Of a stretch of DNA of 64,000 nt, positions 60,128 to 64,000 are shown piece after piece. The position numbers and the translations under genes were made by a program. Origin of the DNA: Patescibacteria group bacterium (GTDB taxonomy: Bacteria > Patescibacteriota > Microgenomatia > UBA1400 > PJMF01); assembly GCA_016861085.1 (NCBI GenBank), contig BOKR01000001.1, positions 323,271 to 387,270 of the forward strand. Direction: 5' to 3'. The notes under the pieces were generated by a model. It was not told where the DNA came from. It ran no database searches and saw only the letters and a list, made by a program, of their open reading frames with translations. Position 1 is the first letter of the stretch, and every line of letters begins with the position of its first letter.

Positions 60128-60769
60128 CTAAAATACTGTCGATAATTGTATGAATTTTTGACTGTATACATCAAACCAGTACGAAGGGCCTTTTGTATCA
60201 TCCTGTCTGTTGGTTGTTTGTACAACAAGTAAAGAGTTTGCTGCCCATCCGGTTACGTCGTGTAATTCATAGGGAATTTCAGCACTCTTAAAGGCTGCTG
60301 TAACATTTATATATTGAGAATCTTTAATAAATTCACCTGAAGACCTAAATACTAAGAAATCTTGTGAGTTTTGGTTTGTTTGTTTGAGGAAAATATATTT
60401 GTTATCTGGTGACCATGTGTTGAAAGGAATTTCCATTGTTGTTTCAAAATCAAATTGACCAGATGAAATAAGCAGTTTGTCTTCTTGCTCTTTTGCTACA
60501 AATAGTTCGTATTTAGTGCTATATGTCCCTGTTTTTGTTTCTAGAGTGAGTAGCATACTTCCCTCTGGAGAGATTTGACTTGTTGTTGTGATTATTTCTT
60601 CTAATTCAGTGATGGTTGGAGTTAAGCTCGGTTCAGAATGTATTGGCTGATACGCAGAAGTTTGGGTGCTATTTTGATATGCGAGCAGATATTTTGACCC
60701 AATGAGTGTACCCAAGAAGATCAACAAAAGAAAAAACAATGAGGTGATGATTGTAGTTACTCGAGGCAT
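60128..60769 (-). CDS. hypothetical membrane-anchored extracytoplasmic protein
   Basis: N-terminal TM helix. It overlaps the upstream L,D-transpeptidase gene by 13 nt, suggesting an operon. Confidence 0.45.
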   Translation of the reverse strand: MPRVTTIITSLFFLLLIFLGTLIGSKYLLAYQNSTQTSAYQPIHSEPSLTPTITELEEIITTTSQISPEGSMLLTLETKTGTYSTKYELFVAKEQEDKLLISSGQFDFETTMEIPFNTWSPDNKYIFLKQTNQNSQDFLVFRSSGEFIKDSQYINVTAAFKSAEIPYELHDVTGWAANSLLVVQTTNRQDDTKGPSYWFDVYSQKFIQLSTVF

Positions 60770-61467
60770 ACCGGTGTAGTTCCCTGTGTAATTTCAAGTT
60801 TTTGACAGATAGTGACGGTTGTTCCAGGGTCTTTTGTTGTTGCATACGTTGTTGCAGCAGTGGTAACAGGAGTTACCCATTCATAGATTTTTTTAGCATC
60901 TATTGTCCGTAAATTAACACAGCCATGACTCATTTCGTGGCCGAAATTATTGTGCCAGTAGGTGCCGTGTAAACTAAACCCTCTGCTCTTTGCAACTTCT
61001 GAGTTATGAAAAAACATAACGTATGGCACATTAGGTAGGTAATAGTAATCATTGCCACTGCCTCCAGACATTTTTTGTGCTCGAACTTTGATCCAAATTT
61101 TGAACTCTCCAGTAGGTGTTCTTCCCCACTTACCAGTTGAAACTAATGTTTCGAAATAGAGCTCATTGCCTTGATAGGCGTAGAGCTTTTGTTTAGAGAG
61201 ATCTACGTAAATATGTTTTTCTTCAGGGTTTGTTTCATCACCAAGAACTACAGGGTAATTTGATTCAATTGCTAAATCAATCTGTGGGACAGGAATATTG
61301 TTTCCCAAAAAAATGGCTTCGGAGTTGTTGTTAACTTCAGCTTCAAGGTTGTTGATACAGGTGATCGAATTGGCGCACTCTATATTGTTTTGAGAGGCAA
61401 AAAATACAGAGACAAATCCAAGCGAAAAGAACAATACAGAGAGAATTAGAAAACTGATTTTCTTCAC
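60757..61467 (-). CDS. L,D-transpeptidase (YkuD domain)
   Basis: Catalytic motif HGTYWHNNFGHEMSHGCVNL (the H...SHGC signature). Confidence 0.8.
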   Translation of the reverse strand: MKKISFLILSVLFFSLGFVSVFFASQNNIECANSITCINNLEAEVNNNSEAIFLGNNIPVPQIDLAIESNYPVVLGDETNPEEKHIYVDLSKQKLYAYQGNELYFETLVSTGKWGRTPTGEFKIWIKVRAQKMSGGSGNDYYYLPNVPYVMFFHNSEVAKSRGFSLHGTYWHNNFGHEMSHGCVNLRTIDAKKIYEWVTPVTTAATTYATTKDPGTTVTICQKLEITQGTTPVCLE

Positions 61468-61647
61468 TTTTTTAGAATAGCATATTTTTTATATTGATTC
61501 GACAGTTATTATCAGTAATTTTTATGTCAGAAAGAAAGCATACTATTTACTTATTGTTATTATTTATATATAAATTTATATTAAAAAATAGTTTATTTAG
61601 TATAAAAATCTAAATAAATATATTAAAAATTAGAATATGAGGATACT

Positions 61648-63082
61648 ATGACAGATCAGTTGCGTTCGTTTTCCCAGTTTACCTATGCAGAACTTGAAAC
61701 CAAAAATTTAGCTGCCAAGCAAAATCGTGCGCAACATATAAGCCAAGCTGAGTTTGAGAAAGAATATAGAAGCTACCTTAAAAAAGATGCAGGAATAAAA
61801 GCTGTGACACTTTGTTTCACTAATATTGAGGGCCGGTTTCATATGCTTGATTATGATAAGCAGCACTTTTTAAAAGATGCAGACAACTTAACATTCGATG
61901 GTTCATCAGTGAGGGGATTTACGCAGCTGGCAGAAAGTGATTTGCGGTTGGTACCAGATTGGTCTTCACTACGTTGGCTTCCTGCTGATGTATTTGGTCC
62001 AGGTAAAGTATTGATGTTTGCGAGCATTGCTGACAGAGAAAGCAAACAGTATCTGACTGACTTTAGAGGGATGCTCAAGGACTTAACAGATGATTTATAT
62101 TCGAAGAAAAAAAATTGAAGCATTTGTAGCACCAGAAGTCGAAGGTTTCTTGCTTTCAGGTGTTGATGCTGAGCGGACCTTTGACGAACGTTCTGGATTT
62201 AGTTTAATCTCAACAGGTGGGTACTATCAGTCACTGCCGAATGATGCACTGAGGCTTTTTATTGACTCAGCCGCGGAGGCTCAGCGAGCGCTTGGGTTTG
62301 AAAACGAAAAAGATCACCCCGAAGTTGCTCCGTCTCAGTTTGAGCTTAATTTTCGGTACGGAAATATGGTTGAGGTTGCAGATCAAATTCAGCTGTATAA
62401 GTTGGTTTGTCGCCAGGTAGCTGCACAACGTGGCATGACCGCTTCTTTTTTACCAAAACCAGTTGCAGGAATTAATGGCAGTGGCATGCATATGAATTTT
62501 TCCTTGAGTAAAAATGGTAAGAACGTATTTTATTCTAAAAAGGGAGAATACTTGTTGTCAGACGAGGCGTGGAGTGCAGTAAATAAGATCTTGAATCATG
62601 CGCCAGAGCTATGTTTGATTTTTAACTCAAGTGTGAATGCATACCGCAGACTTGATCCAAATTTTGAAGCACCGAATCAGATTAAGGTTTCCCCTACCGA
62701 TAGAGGTTCCATGATTCGTATACCAGTTGGAAATGAGCGAACTACTCGTATTGAGGTACGGTCAATTGCTCCGGATGCTAACCCATATTTAGTGATGTAC
62801 TCTCTTTTGAGAACTGCATTTGACGGTGAGGAGTTGAATCAGTCAAATGAAAAGCGCCCGAGAGTGAGATTTTTGCCAGGCACTATTTATGATGCGCTGA
62901 GATTGTTTAAGGCGAGCTCCTTTATTGGTGAAATTATTGGTGTGGATGCTCAGAGTAAATTTGCCCACTTTAAACAGTTGGCAGCTGATAGGAGCCCAAA
63001 GGAATTAGGCACGATTGTGAAAAATTCTGAGGTAATTTATCACCATGAGGTAACAAACCAGGTGTTGTGGAAGCAGTTTTAG
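61648..63082 (+). CDS. glnA: glutamine synthetase (type I-like), reading frame interrupted at an A8 run at 62104-62111
   Basis: ORF 61648-62118 is the N-terminal beta-grasp domain. ORF 62090-63082 is the catalytic domain (GMHMNFSL, NAYRRL, RIPVGNE). One fewer A joins them as ...KKIEAFVAPEVEGFLL. Confidence 0.75.
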
Positions 63083-63167
63083 AGTTGGTTGAAGTTGCGA
63101 GTCTTCGGGCTAGTGGACAAAACGCGTTGGTTTTTTTACGTATCTCGGCTTTTGTGTTTAGAACGAG

Positions 63168-63200
63168 AAAGGCCCCCTTTGGGAAGGGGGCCTTTGCTCT
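63168..63200 (+). terminator. intrinsic terminator downstream of glnA
   Basis: GGCCCCC-TTTGGGAA-GGGGGCC hairpin followed by a T-rich tract. Confidence 0.6.
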
Positions 63201-63239
63201 TATTTCAGTTACTTGTTAAATTGGGGGGACGGCCGTTGG

Positions 63240-63905
63240 TTAGCTCAGGTTGAAGATCTCGGCGGGGAATTCTTCCTCGCCAAACCATGCCTTGCTTACC
63301 TCTTCGTACCACAACGGGTTACGGGTCAGGTTGACCTTACCCGGATGTTCACAAACACCAAACAACTCGTGGGCCATACTGCGAACCTCAAGGCGGAAAG
63401 TGTCCAGGCCGCCGTCAATGGCAATGGAAAAGTCCAGGGTGTTGGTGAAGTTCGTCAGGCCGCTGGCGTTGTCGTAGGTCTCGGTGTGGGTCAGATTCCC
63501 TGATACTTCTTGCCAGCCGAGAACCGGCAGGCGGAAGGCGACCCGGCAGTTGGTCGTCGAGGTCGTGGTAGTGCCGGATTCATCGCCGGTTACGTCATTA
63601 TAAAAAACCTGACCATTCTTTTTCCGGTCGGCCGCATTCGGCACAACCCGGAACTCTACGCCGTTGGCTTTGAAGCCGAAGGCCCGGAGGTACGCCCAGT
63701 CTGTGAACTGCATTTTGGCGCGGGTTTTGGCCCAGGCCGCTTTCAGGGCTTCGGCCCGTTTGGCTTCGACCACGTAGGGCAGGGTGCCAGCCAGGGCTAA
63801 ACTCAGGGCCAGGTTTTCCCGCTCGCTTTCGAGGAGCATATCGCTCAGTTTCTCAGTCGTTTGCAGAAGATTGTTGTATGAACGTAAGTTAAACATTGTT
63901 TTCAC
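63240..63905 (-). CDS. hypothetical protein encoded in a G+C-rich terminal segment
   Basis: 221-aa ORF in sequence that is visibly more G+C-rich than the rest of the window. No motif recognised. Confidence 0.5.
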   Translation of the reverse strand: MKTMFNLRSYNNLLQTTEKLSDMLLESERENLALSLALAGTLPYVVEAKRAEALKAAWAKTRAKMQFTDWAYLRAFGFKANGVEFRVVPNAADRKKNGQVFYNDVTGDESGTTTTSTTNCRVAFRLPVLGWQEVSGNLTHTETYDNASGLTNFTNTLDFSIAIDGGLDTFRLEVRSMAHELFGVCEHPGKVNLTRNPLWYEEVSKAWFGEEEFPAEIFNLS

Positions 63906-64000
63906 CGTTTAATTGGGATTGTTTGTACCCCTCCTAATTTATTTTCGGAGGGTTTTTAAAGTGGATAAAACGTTTCTCTGCCACGCCTATTTCTAGGTTG

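Noticed and set aside
63250-63800. Plus-strand ORFs 63250-63477 and 63510-63800 in the G+C-rich tail
   Set aside because: High-GC sequence yields long spurious ORFs in all frames. The minus-strand 221-aa ORF is the coherent one.

Overview
This is a low-G+C (about 35% by eye), gene-dense bacterial chromosome segment with roughly 65 protein-coding genes on both strands. It carries four canonical tRNAs (His-GTG, Arg-TCT, Ala-CGC, Lys-TTT) and one aberrant tRNA-like element. No rRNA, CRISPR array or transposase was seen. The content fits a small-genome fermentative bacterium; by inference it may be CPR/Patescibacteria-like (sortase, secreted nuclease, split transketolase, reduced ATP-synthase delta). 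Housekeeping genes include an F-type ATP synthase operon atpB-E-F-H-A-G-D-C on the minus strand (31498 down to 25287), secA, proS, serS, lysS, prs, pyk, ldh, malic enzyme, split transketolase, glnA, mutM and two GreA paralogs. An alpha-glucan cluster (GT4, GH57, GH15, sugar kinase) is also present. Notable observations: (1) a lysyl-oxidase-like copper amine oxidase gene next to an SGNH hydrolase; (2) LysRS fused to a C-terminal HD phosphohydrolase domain; (3) a sortase with an adjacent Cys-rich secreted substrate; (4) two genes (GH15 and glnA) interrupted exactly at A8 homopolymers; (5) two short G+C-rich segments (about 10.45-10.87 kb and from about 63.2 kb to the end) that contrast sharply with their flanks; (6) a T-box-like leader upstream of serS; (7) a truncated ATP-synthase delta and an acidic insertion in subunit a. 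All calls rest on reading the translated ORFs and the nucleotide sequence by eye. No database searches were run.
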